Notes: a model not told the origin generated them from the letters alone. A stretch of DNA of 54,854 nt, filler included, from Jimgerdemannia flammicorona (GCA_003990765.1; 3 parts of 3 records of this genome joined end to end with filler, not necessarily neighbours in it); one strand, 5' to 3'. Counted from the first letter of the whole stretch, positions 12,996-26,160 are shown. Made by a program: numbers and translations.

Positions 12996-13580
12996 TTTAA
13001 TGTTTGTGAAAAAGAAGAACAATATATATAGTTTGATAAGAGTGATGAAGATTAAGATATAGAGAGATGGTGAATGAGTTGTACTAGATGAACTAAGTTA
13101 TATAATAGCTATAAAAACTCAAGTTTTTATTATCAATCAGATTCAATCTACTGGTTTTATAAGCTCTGATAGCTAAATGATATATGTTTTCTATAACATA
13201 TCATAGATAAGCTCAAAAAAATAAGCAAATGAATTACATATACTCAGAACTATATATCATTCTTCTTTCTGACTAAGTTAAATAAATAGATCTAAATAAA
13301 AAAAAACTCCTTTAATATTCAATCTATATATCAATAGCATTAATATAAATACTTTTCTATATAATTTTATATATATATCTTATATAACTTTTTGAAGTTT
13401 CTATATACAATTTTATATTGTATTTTTTTTTTTTTATATATTTTATATTATACATATCATACTAGTTTTAATATAAATGATCAAAATAGAGAAAATGATA
13501 TATTTGAGATTATATAAATTGGTAATAATATCATGAGCTTTATATAAATTGACCATATTTCCTAAGATTGGTATTCTAAT

Positions 13581-14204
13581 ATAACAGTAGACCCTAAGTG
13601 CCTATATATTTCTGATATAATACTCTCTCACCTATAGTTATAGTAAGATAGATATAAAAAATATATAAAAACTTATTTATCTCTATCTTGCTCTTAATGA
13701 TCTTATCTCTCAGACTACTAAAGCTCTACTTGAAAGTACAATTCTATATACTGTGCCCAGACTCACATGCAGCAGTAGATCTACAACCTCATCAATAAGT
13801 ACTACTATAAGACTATACTTTGGCTTATCTATACCTTTGATATCATTATCATTTCTCTTTTCAATAATAGTTAGATAGCTATAAGGCACCATCAAAAGAT
13901 CACCAGCAGGACAGTCCATTTGATGATGATATGGTCACATAAAAGGTTCAGAGAGAGGTTTTCATCAAAAGCTGAAAAGTATGACAAATAAATATATATA
14001 GTCTCAGAGATATATACAAGTAAGACCTATAATTGATATGAGTAGATCAATCATAAGCTAGGTGGGAAGAAGGTATTCTGTTATTATGAGTGTGGCTTGA
14101 ATATTGATAGAGACATCAATGATGTATGCAGGATCTTTCTTCAGGTTTTATTGAATAGTTGCATAGAAGATAAGATATTCACATTTGACAAATTGATAAT
14201 GTAA
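13581..14204 (+). pseudogene. tnpB: TnpB/Fanzor2 RNA-guided nuclease relic (RuvC + zinc ribbon); the N-terminal half is not readable
   Basis: RuvC-I ITVDP/SAYIFLI*YS (DPGVRTFLTWYS; Asp at 13590). Then IYNLINKYYYKT..FDIII, ITSRTVHLMMIWSHKRFRER..KA, VSEIYTSKTYN*YE (E at 14007; TSKTCxxCG) and KLGGKKVFCYYECGLNIDRDIN (DRD at 14106-14114). Confidence 0.9.
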
Positions 14205-14288
14205 GAAGGTTTTAGATAGCTTTTTGCAAAGTTAAATCTAATGATGCCTTTATTTTTCTACATTACATATGTATTAGGGATCTAACAG
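14170..14288 (+). ncRNA. Candidate omegaRNA (right-end RNA) scaffold of the Fanzor2 element
   Basis: Long imperfect hairpin at 14198-14264 (AATGTAAGAA/TTCTACATT, AAGG/CCTT, TTAGAT/ATCTAA, AGCTTT/AAAGTT). It lies between the tnpB end and the element terminus, the canonical position. Confidence 0.5.
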
Positions 14289-14585
14289 AAAACATAGCTG
14301 CGATGACAATGGCAACAGCACCAGGGTGGGGGGGGCAAATGCGCGCCTGTGAGTTTGCCAGGCTTTGTTGGGTGGGACTGTCCTTAAGAGCACCAGTTGG
14401 GCGTGAACAGACAGTGTTGGCTAGTAATGGCCAATGTTGTCTATCAGTGTCCGACTCAATCCATCCGATAGGCGTTGAGTTCGTGTCTGACTGATCAAAA
14501 GTATCCATTACTGAGTGAAACAGGGGAGAGAAAGAAGCATTGAACGCAACGCGAAAAAAAAAACATACTCGCCAAGCCATCATGC

Positions 14586-14595
14586 GTGACGTCAC
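14586..14595. promoter_or_regulatory. CRE/ATF-like palindrome GTGACGTCAC upstream of PSMG3
   Basis: Perfect palindrome about 100 bp upstream of ATG 14693, followed by a TATTAAATA element. Confidence 0.4.
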
Positions 14596-14692
14596 ACTGT
14601 TCACTTTGTCTATTAAATATAATTACATAATAATTTTCAAACACCAAGAAATAGTGACAAAGTCTCGTGTACGCTCCCGAAAACACACCACA

Positions 14693-15203
14693 ATGGCCGA
14701 TGTCGCGTCCTTTCCCGTCCAGAACCGCCAGCTCGCCCGTTCTATCGACGGCGTGCACACCGACGTCCTCGTCTCCGCCTTTGCCGACAGGATTCTCGTC
14801 GTCGCGACTCAGTATCGCAAAATCGGAAGCCTGGTGAGTCTCGAGCGGTTCGAACTTCCCCAATCGTACTCCCCTCCGTCTAATCCGCGCCTCCCACACC
14901 TTCGTAAACCCTTCCTTCACTCAGCTCCATACAACACTAGACACTACTTCACAGTTCTCTTCCACGCCCTCGACCGTCCCCACAACCACCCACTTCCTCC
15001 TTGGCTCCTCGACCACCATACAGAGCGGAGGTCATCTCTTGTATGCCTCGCATATCTCACAAACCATTGCTGCTATGAACCCAAGCGAGAAGCGACCCGT
15101 GCTCTTGGGTATCGCACTCAAGGACCTTGGTGACGACAACCTTGCGCGAAAGCGCGTGTTTGAACAATTAATGGAGATGATCAAAGAATGCAGAGTGTGG
15201 TGA
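14693..15203 (+). CDS. PSMG3: Proteasome assembly chaperone 3 (PAC3), 2 exons (14693-14833, 14925-15203)
   Basis: MADVASFPV..IDGVHTDVLVSAFADRILVVATQYRKIGSL | ..FLLG..RPVLLGIALKD..IKECRVW*. Intron GTGAGT..CAG. Confidence 0.88.
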
Positions 15204-15414
15204 TGTGTAAGGTTTGTATGGTATTTGTACGTGTTGGTAATTGGTACAAATGATGACGAGCCGGTTGAGCCAGCAATTGCATTGATATGATTGATATGCT
15301 GCCAAAGGCGAGTCATAATAAACCCAAAAAAATACATTCCCCTCTCACGAATATTCGGGGGGTTTCTTTAATTGCCCTACTGCGAATGAAGTATTCTATG
15401 TATCTGTAATTACA

Positions 15415-17460
<2,046 letters not shown>

Positions 17461-18219
17461 GTTTTTTGTCCGCAGAGAATTGAGAAATGTTTCTAGTATT
17501 TCAGTATTTCATTAACATTCGATACGGCCACGTGATGTTTGTGCTACTATGGAAAAGGGGCATCTGCTCGATAATAATCATCGACATCCCGAATTCCCCT
17601 TTCCCCTCGCCACGCTATCAATGTACAACTCAGTGATTCCAAGAAGGAAAGACAGGTAATAGGAATGCAATATTCCATGAAAGAGCAAGAAAACAAAAAA
17701 AAACAAAAAACAAAAAAACAAAAAAATTATAAGGAACAGACGCGAAAGATAATGATACAATTTGTACAAGGCAACTCCACTGGCGTGCAGAAAATTGGGA
17801 AAGAAGTGCAGCCAATACGTTCATTCGTTTCGAGTAAAGAAGCAGATAAGACGGTAGGCTAGAGTTATAAGATGAGTGTCCCCTTTTCCAAGCCAGTCAC
17901 TTCTTCCCGCCACGATATCGGAGGTTGTGGAGTCTATCTAAAATGGGCGAAGCAAATAAAGGAGGTAAAACTTAAAAACCGACAATAAGCGAAAAGGCTA
18001 TGTATATATAATGCGTGTGGATGGATTGTACGTGTTGTGTGAAATGTATGCGAAGAGGGTGGTGTAAATGTCCGGGAAATTCGGTGAATGGAGTAATTCG
18101 GATAAAGCAATAAAAGTGGTGGGCAAAGCGGGGACAAACAGCTCAAAAAATCCAGCAAATCACGCATCCATGCCACCCTGCCGCGACCACCGACCACTTG
18201 TAACCAAAAACACACAAAA

Positions 18220-18319
18220 NNNNNNNNNNNNNNNNNNNNNNNNNNNNNNNNNNNNNNNNNNNNTTAATTAATTAANNNNNNNNNNNNNNNNNNNNNNNNN
18301 NNNNNNNNNNNNNNNNNNN
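18220..18319. other. Assembly gap / contig linker
   Basis: N-run containing TTAATTAATTAA (18264-18275), which has stops in all six frames. Confidence 0.95.
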
Positions 18320-20339
18320 TTTTTTTAAAAAATAAATCTTCCATCATCTGAAACAGTTGCTTCAGCCGACCAAAGAAAAAAAGGATGCATACCATAGCAA
18401 ACTCCAGTGCACACTGGATCATTGCAAATATTGAGTTCCAATGTGTACAGACATCCAATATAAGCTCTTTCGGGGCTAAACTGATTGCCCTACAATGTGC
18501 AGCAAATTTGTCTCATCATTGTGGAGATGATCAGACCGATACAACTAGTTTGCACAGCTTGGAAATTATACTCAGGGCCCCTCCTCTCTCGGATGTTTTG
18601 TCTATGTGCGTAAGATAGTCCTGAACAGCAAGGTTCAGTATGTGGGCCTGGCATCACACATGGCAGCTTTCTGCACTGAAGGCCACATTTTCCTGTTTGA
18701 GGCTGGCCGCTAAACCTTGGAAAAATGTTGAGTTGTTTGTGGCATTATCCGTCATAATGGCCAAAATCTGTACTTGAAATATTTGGTTGACAAATTTATG
18801 TGAAAATAAGTAACCAATAAAATCTGGTTTGATTTAGGACCTCCCTCAAAATGCCGACCTGATGGCAAGCCCCCCTTTTTTACCTTGGTGGTGATCCCAA
18901 GCTCCCGGATACAACTAATAAAAGCATCTGTGATGTTGTCTCCAGAATGAGGGCCAGCAAGTTTGACAAAGTCAAGGGTGAGAGATTTAAGCTGCCAATC
19001 GAGATCAATCTAATGACCGGTAATGCCCAGAAACGAAATTGCATTGAGGGATGTCCATGTGTCAATTGTAAACGAAATTTGCCTGCTGAATTCTGCTTAT
19101 TGAATGTGAGGTTAAATTGGTGAGCTCTTTTATACAATTCAGCTTGCAAAGGTCATGGTGCTGCCCTTATTTTACCTGAAGTGTCTGGTGGAGATTGTCA
19201 TGCTCCTTCCTATAGGCCTCCAGGACATCTTTGTGAATAGTATCAGCACTTGGCAAATATGAATCATACTTGAGGAGGGCAAAGATACTATGCCATTGAT
19301 CACTCTTGATAGTTGTGAATGGCTGGTCTGTGCACACAATCCAGTGAATGAGCCAATTTCGAAATTCTGCTGAAGAGTATGGCTAAATATTTTTGATTAA
19401 ATGGCATTGTTGGTACAGAAATGGTCAGGCAATCGGATGAATGTACCCACCACAGCTTGGATGTCGATTTTATTTGTCTCTGTGTTCTTTTTGATTTTGT
19501 CAGAGTGCTTGTCTTTTATGTGTCGATTCATGTTCGAAGTTGTACCCCTAAGCATTATGAACTTCTGGCTGGTGCAGTTCATGGGGGTGAATGAAACAAT
19601 ATCATATGTGTCAAAACAATATCTTATGTGTGTCAAAACAAAGTGTCAATAGGTGTGCCTTAATTTTTTACCTGCAATAATTACAAACAACATCATCTTC
19701 TATCTTAGCACAATGTTGCCAGATTTCGGAGCAAGGATTGCATAGAAGGTGTGGAACTATCAGAGATGTTTGACTTGAAGCATCATTGGTACTGTGAACT
19801 GTTGAAGACTGATCTGTCAATATGTGTGTTTGTGTGTTTGCATGTGCATGTGTATGTGTGTGTGTGTATGCGTGTGTATGTGTTGTGTTGTGGATGCATC
19901 CGGCATATGAGTCATGTGGAGGATTTGGATTGGAGGATTCGGTTGAAGGATTCAGATGAGGATTCGGATTGAAGGATTCGAATTGGAGGATTCAAATTAG
20001 AGGATTTGAATTGGAGGATTCAAATTGAGTGATTCGGATTGAGTGATTCAGATTGAGTGATTCGGATTGAGTGATTCAGATTGGGGTGGTTCAGATGGGT
20101 GATTCGGATGGGTGATTCGGATGGGGCAATTCGGATGGAGCGATTTGGATTGAGTGATTCGGATTGAGTGATTCAGATTGGGGTGGTTCAGATGGATGAT
20201 TTGGATGGGGTGATTCAGATGGGGCAATTTGGATTAAATCTGAGTTGATTCAGATGGCTTCGGATTTGAGATTCGAATCAAACCATCATGTGATGAATCA
20301 AATCCAGATTTGATTCGAATTGACTCATTCGGAGCACTA
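18320..20339 (-). mobile_element. hAT (Ac/Restless-like) DNA transposon, 5' part, cut by the gap
   Basis: Terminus TAGTGCTCCGAA on the minus strand from 20339. BED-finger-like GTTSNMNRHIKDKH. Transposase motifs WIVCTDQPFTTI, PSADTI, IMTDNATNN, CQAHILNLAVQD and LILDVCTHWNS. Confidence 0.85.
19925..20330. repeat. Subterminal tandem repeats of the hAT element (GATTCGGATTGAGT-like, 13-14 bp units)
   Basis: Many degenerate copies directly inside the TIR. A (GT)n microsatellite lies at about 19822-19890. Confidence 0.85.
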
Positions 20340-20550
20340 ACAAGAAGCTAATGCCCTCTCTATAACCAACTTTCTGCACTGAGAAAATCATCTGCTGCTA
20401 CAAGATACCAAAGCAAATCACAACAGACTGCAGCACAGAATTTGTCAATGGATTCTATGAGATAATATATCAGAAATACAAGATCCAGCACATCAAGAAC
20501 ACTGCATACCACTCTCAAGGAAATGGACAGACAGAGAGAACCAACAAGAC

Positions 20551-21288
20551 AAGCTTAATATTGGAGATGGAATGGAGTGTCAGCAGGGTCTTGGCCTGGA
20601 TCTTTGGCCAAGTGGCTGGCAGGCAGCAGGGATTGGCAAGGAGTAGGACTGGGCAGATATCTAGTCATGGAGTGCTGAGGTGCAGAGGTGGCTTCCTTCC
20701 AAATTCTGGGTGGTATGGTAGTGAATGCTGTGGAGGAATATCATGTTGAATTACTGTACTGGACATATAGTGGATGGTGACCATTTAGATTGTGAGGAGT
20801 GCTACAATGTTGGGCAAGCTGGGAGTCTTGTACAGATGCCAGAATACTGGCTGGGAGAGTGTGAGGTTTTGGGGGACTTTTGGGTAGAAATAGGGAATAG
20901 GCAGGGTGTGGAGCATAGGCCAGTGGGGGCAGGAGGCCACTGGGAGGACTTGAGATCTTGGCTAGTGGGTGGTATAGGTGATAGTTGGTTCACTGTAGGA
21001 TGGGTGTTAGCAGTGTGGGTGAGACTGACTGGACATTTGCTTTTTGTATTTGAGGAGGGGAGGCAGATAGGGCTACAGGAGAAGGTACTATAGTAGGAGG
21101 AGTTGATCATGGCTTGATAGTGAGGATCTGTGAACAGAGTGGTGGGAGGGTAGAGATAGTGTTGGATAGAGTGGCCTTTTGTCAGATAGGAGTAGAGAGG
21201 GGGGGCCCTCCAAGGGGGATCAGTTAGAAGGCAGGTTCACTATATTTATATGGGATAGATGACATAATAAAGGAAGAAAGTCCAAGTG

Positions 21289-21337
<49 letters not shown>
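20551..21337 (+). mobile_element. 5'-truncated L1/Tx1-like LINE 3' end inserted in the integrase
   Basis: Poly(A) at 21295-21337. TSD GAGAGAACCAACAAGAC at 20534-20550 and 21338-21354. Degenerate C-terminal zinc finger CEEC..PE(H>Y)WLGEC. Confidence 0.8.
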
Positions 21338-21340
<3 letters not shown>

Positions 21341-22512
21341 AGAACCAACAAGACTCTCAAGAACATTCTGGCAAAAATCTCAGAGACATATGAGAATTGG
21401 GATAACTATCTCCCAACTGCCCTCTCTATCCTATGAGATATATAGTCACAGAGCATACACTTTACCCCAAGGGAGCTGCTCTTTGGAGTAGAAGATTCTG
21501 ATGGAACCTCAGCCACAAATCTAGACCTAACTTGGAGATGGGTTGATGCAAAAATCCAGAGACTATACCAAATCAGGAAGAAGGCTGAAAATTACATCAC
21601 CAAGTTACAAGCACTGATAAGGAAGAATGTGGAAAAGAATCACAAGACTCTAGAATCCTACTGTATCAAAATATAGTAGAAGCCTCATGGTTATGAAAAC
21701 TGGAGCCCAAATGGGAAGGATCCTTCTATGTGCAAGATATCAAGGGAACTACCTTCTGGCTTAGAAAAATCTCAGGGACCATACTGTCTACTATAGTACA
21801 TAGGAACAGACTCAAGAAGTACCATGAACCTATACAAGAAAAGCAAAACATGATGACTGCCTGTGAGGTTCTAGTCCACAAATTGTAACAGAATGTCCCA
21901 TGACCAGCAGGCTATCTGTCTGGACCATTCTCTAAGAGATACAGCACCAGTAACTACTCATCCATATGACTTTTGAAGTCAGAGGAGTTCAAACCATCAA
22001 CTGATTAGTCAAGATCAGATCAGGCCCTTGCTCTATATAAAGGAAGCAACCCTTCACCATCACACCAAAATACAAAGGGATGATGCCAGCCCATAAATAC
22101 TACTTTTTGACCCCTTGCTAGAGGTTATGGGATCAGCAAATTTTTTAGAACTGGACCAATGAATAAGGATGCTCGACAAGATCCTTATTCAGGAAGAAGA
22201 TGTAATAGTGACCCCAAAATGATGACATCAGCACAGAAGACAGTCTTTCCTTGTAAGTCACCAGACCAGAGCACAAGAAGATCATATGGCATATGAGATG
22301 AGCAATGATGACCAACTATGAGTCATTGTGACCACAGTATGGTATCTTGAGGAATATAAAAGAAGAATTAAGGAACTGCAGTAGCAGCAACCAACAAGAC
22401 TTATTAATCCCAAAATAGCTCAAAGACTTACCACAAACAAAATACCTGCTACTCGCCAAACCTCAAGATCAAGGAACCACCAAGGTATCTCAGTCAAAGA
22501 AAGAATGTTGGG

Positions 22513-23694
22513 CCCTTTCTCTGCTACCTTACTGGTCACAATGATTTGGTAGGCAACCTTCTGAGTCTACTTTCTACAATCATTACTCCCTCTACCTTGA
22601 GTTGGTTTGCTGTACCTATTGCAGGGTAGTGGGAGGGAGGCAATGGTGACAAGTTGCCCCTTTATCAGTATCAGATTAGTGTCTTCTCTACTTTTTTGTA
22701 GTTTCTAGTGCCTTCAGCTGTATCTGGAGTATATCTGTTTTGGTGCAGTACTTTCTTCCTTTCGTCATCACCAATAAGGTGCTGTCTCAGTATGTCTTGG
22801 GCTACATAGAGAGTCAGCTGACCTTGGGTGTCAAGTGCTCAGTATAGGTTACCTGCAGATCCTCAGTGTCTGTGGTGGGGCCCTCTGACTTTGGTGAGCT
22901 TTCTGGTGAGCACAGTTCTGGCATAGGTGACTGTTTTTCAGATGTTATCAGGATGGGAGGGGAGATGGCTGTCACAGATAGAAGGAAGGGTGATAATAGT
23001 GAACCAGTGGGGTACTAGGCTGGGGGCAGTCATCAGGGCTAGGGTGGACAATATTTCGGTGGGGCCTTTTGATTGACTGGTAGAGGGTGGGGTAGTGCAG
23101 GGGCCAGCATCCTGGCTGTACCCAACTGGAACCGGGAGCTGATACAGCAATGCAATTGAGGCCTGCAGGCTTGTGGAGTGGGGCCTTCCTCATTTGGCAG
23201 TACCCAACTGGAACTGGGAGCTGACATGGCAATATGATTGAGGCCCGCAGGCTCAGGGAGTGGGAGTTGGGTCTTTTCTGACCCTAGCCCATATGTAAGT
23301 CCTTTGCAGAAGGTTCTGCATATAAGTTCTTTACTCACTCACTTTAAATCCACTTTGCTCTCTGTTGTTGATTGGGGGATTTTTTCTTTACCTTGGGCTT
23401 TCTTTTGGGGTTCAGGGGGCTATTCTTTATTCAGTCCTGGCACTGCTAGATCTAATACATAGGTGTGCTCTTACATGTAAACAATGATCCAGTCCTGTTG
23501 AGCAGACAAGTCTGGTCTATATTATGGGGGTCAATATAGCCAGTGTTTGACAGGTATAGCTGGAGCAGTGGGACTGCTGGATAATATAGTAGCCTAGGTT
23601 AATGGGGGGATATTATTCAGTAGGTAGTGGGGGAGGGTTTTGGCCTATATAATCTAGGTTCTCTTCTAATAAAAATCCATGGGACTATGAGTCC

Positions 23695-23731
<37 letters not shown>
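22513..23731 (+). mobile_element. About 1.2-kb poly(A)-tailed non-autonomous retroposon, copy 1
   Basis: Starts CCCTTTCTC and ends with AATAAA..poly(A) at 23698-23731. End-to-end homologous to 39395-40555 in the opposite orientation. Confidence 0.75.
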
Positions 23732-23733
<2 letters not shown>

Positions 23734-24139
23734 ATTCCAAGACATCAGAAGAGCCATGAGGACCTGTTCAAGAAGGACTCCTAGTGTCAACCTGGGTACT
23801 GGTGACCCTTATCACTATATTCTCTACTGCCATGAAATGGAAACAAGGATCACCATTGTTACCAAATGCCTCCAAATGTGGCAGGAATACAAAATAAGAA
23901 ATCTCCTCTGCTGGGAGTTCCCATAGGCCAGCACTCAAGAGCTACAAGATGCCACTCCCATGAATATATATGAGGCAAGAACAGCTAAGAAGATCCATCA
24001 GATCTTCAGGCATGCACCATGGTTGATCCCCAACTTGGAGTATATTAGAGTCTCAGATTTCAGAGACCTGTTATCCTGCCATATCAATGTACTAGAAGCC
24101 AGAGTGGCTACAGAAGCCCAGTCCACTATCACCCTCAAT

Positions 24140-24563
24140 TGGTGCTCCCAATGAATCAAATCGAATCGAATTTGGCCCAAACTTGATTCAATTCAATCAA
24201 ATCAAGGGTCCAATTCAATTCAATTCGAATCAAATCAAAGGTCCAATTCAATTCAAAGTTCAATTCGAACCTTAATTTTCAAAATGTAATAACTCGACGA
24301 AAACTCATCTAAATTTAACATATTTTAGCCTGTTAGATTCACTGTATTAATGTGATTCTAACAAGCTAAAGTACGTTAGATTTGGATGAGTTTATGCTGA
24401 GTTATTGCATTTTTAAAATTAGGGTTCAAATTAGACCCTCAATTTGATTTGACTTTTGATTCAATTCGAATTAATTCGAATTGAAAAATCCCCAATTCGA
24501 TTTGACTTGTTTAACTCTCAATTCAATTCCATTCAAATTGATTTGACTTGTTTGGGAGCACTA
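24140..24563. mobile_element. hAT-family MITE (424 bp)
   Basis: TIR TGGTGCTCCCAA / TTGGGAGCACTA. 8-bp TSD CCCTCAAT at 24132-24139 and 24564-24571. AATTC(G/A) subterminal repeats. Confidence 0.9.
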
Positions 24564-25342
24564 CCCTCAATAGTGATAAAGTAGAAGACTTCTGGTATCT
24601 CATCCTTCAGGACAACCCAGACCAATTCCTACAAGGATTGATCTCAGTATTCCAAGGCCCAAGTATCTAAGTTAGATCTCCCCAAGACCCTACATTTGTT
24701 CCTTATTCTGTAGAAGAGAACTTCATAGATTGAAGAGCTCCTGATTTCTCCACTGCTGAACATGATGATGTCATCAGCAATGATGTCATCCCACATGACT
24801 TTGGAGTATGCAAAATGTGCGACATATATGAGACATGTGACCTATGCAATGACAACAATGATGACAACAAATTCATAGACCTCATCTCCTTTGAAGATAT
24901 TCTGACCTCTAAGAATGAGGATGAAGTCCCCATGGTCCTAAACTTTCTGCTCTAAGTTCCCTGTAATACTGAATAATGCCAGCACTGGCATTCTGAGGTA
25001 ACACAAGATTGTTCCAGCACTGGTATTCTGATGTGATACTGAATTATATCAGTATTCTGAACCTGTACAACCATCAGTACTGACCCTGGAACTTAGCAGT
25101 TTTTTCTGTCCTAGCATTTTATTTTGGTTATTGGAATTTATATTTAGCTTTATATCTTAGCAACTATTGAATTATATTTTGTATAAATACTCCTCTTATT
25201 TTCTCTGAAATAAAGTCAGTTCTGGTTCACTTACACACACTTCCTTGCAAGCAATCTAAAAGATAACAAGACAGTTAAAGATAAGAAGTTTGAGGACTAT
25301 AAGACCTTGGGAAGGCACTCCAATAAGAACTTACTTGTTACA

Positions 25343-26160
25343 AAATTGAGTTAGTCTAAAAGATATACCTTGAAGAGAATCTGGTATATTTGAAGGACTC
25401 AGTGAATACTATATGACAATACTCATCAAGTCTGCCAACCCATTCTCATCTCTCCAGTATTGGACATATGATCTCAGAAATCCAAAGATATAGCAGACAT
25501 ATGAGAATAACCATACTTTTATGAATAATAACAAAACAGAGTACTAACTAATCTGGTTGTCTCTGGTAAAATAACAGCTCATTGTTATTACTGCTAATAT
25601 AACTACTGAACTGAGTCTTATCAATGGGCTATGGCCCATATTGTTGCTGTCATTCAACATCTTGATAACAAAATAGATGTTGAAGTATTAGCTAGTTCAC
25701 ATCATCTAATTCAATTAAACTGACCTCTGGTATATACTTATCAATCTCCTTCATTGTGAGATATATCATAATTAGCTATATGGTCTTAAATCTAATATTG
25801 TCTCTATCTTCCCTATCACCTATAATGTTTTCCTTACTAGAATAGGCAGCTTTGCTCAGATACAACTTCCTCTTATTCTGGTCTATACTATTATAGATTT
25901 CAAAGTATAGGGAAAGATGTATAAAGATAGATTGATAGTAGACCTCACTAAGTCTCCAACTAGCTACTATAATATATAAAGCTCTTATATCCTTCTATCC
26001 TATATCAAAAAATTACAAGATCTCATAATATTATATTCTTTTGACTATAGTATTCTGAACAATCCACAGGACCCAAATCTGCTTATTCTAGAAGACTGTC
26101 TTGAAGCCCTGGCCAAAGAAATCAAAAGACAGTACTCTCTCATATCTAGCATATTGTAAT
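25343..26160 (+). pseudogene. Helitron Pif1-like helicase C-terminal relic
   Basis: NNKTE..LVK*QLIVITANITTELSLING; QIQLPLILVYTIIDFKV*GKM..LIVDL..YILLSYIKKLQDLIILYSF. These match helicase motifs RQ.P..AYA.T..K.QG.T and YV.LSR. Confidence 0.7.

Larger units (their letters stand above)
12245..14288 (+). mobile_element. Degenerate IS607-family element (TnpA serine recombinase + TnpB/Fanzor2)
   Basis: tnpA followed by tnpB on the same strand. Imperfect terminal inverted repeat CTATTAGAT (12245) / ATCTAACAG (14280-14288). CpG depletion stops immediately after 14288. Confidence 0.8.
22442..24955 (+). pseudogene. LTR-embedded unknown ORF, copy A, split by two insertions
   Basis: (M>I)PATRQTSRSR..KERML | LFQDIRRAM..MWQEYKIRNLL..TAKKIHQIFRHAPWLIPNLEY..ITLN | SDKVEDF..acidic tail, stop at 24953-24955. 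Lies entirely within the 22201-25342 LTR. Confidence 0.7.
20340..25342 (+). mobile_element. 3' half of a Ty3/Gypsy LTR retrotransposon (integrase, PPT, long 3' LTR) with nested insertions
   Basis: Integrase PKQITTDCSTEF..TAYHSQGNGQTERTNKT|LKNILAK..WDNYLP..KLEPKWEGSF. PPT AGGAAGAAGA at 22191-22200. LTR TGTAA..TTACA at 22201-25342. Confidence 0.8.

Noticed and set aside
13000..13580. N-terminal (REC/WED) half of the Fanzor protein
   Set aside because: Expected here, but no convincing motif could be read. The region appears deleted or overwritten by AT-rich sequence, so it is not annotated.
12245..14288. Bacterial or endosymbiont contamination as the source of the IS607 element
   Set aside because: It is contiguous with intron-containing host genes, shares the host repeat-specific C>T decay and appears to contain an intron.
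14540..15133. 197-aa ORF from the ORF track
   Set aside because: Read-through of PSMG3 exon 1 into its intron. The spliced model 14693-15203 gives the recognisable protein.
18220..18319. Palindromic TTAATTAATTAA as a biological site (also 36582-36593)
   Set aside because: Embedded symmetrically in N-runs. It is an artificial six-frame-stop contig linker.
19925..20330. Telomeric or CRISPR-like repeats
   Set aside because: Degenerate 13-14-bp units abutting a hAT TIR, so they are subterminal transposase-binding repeats.
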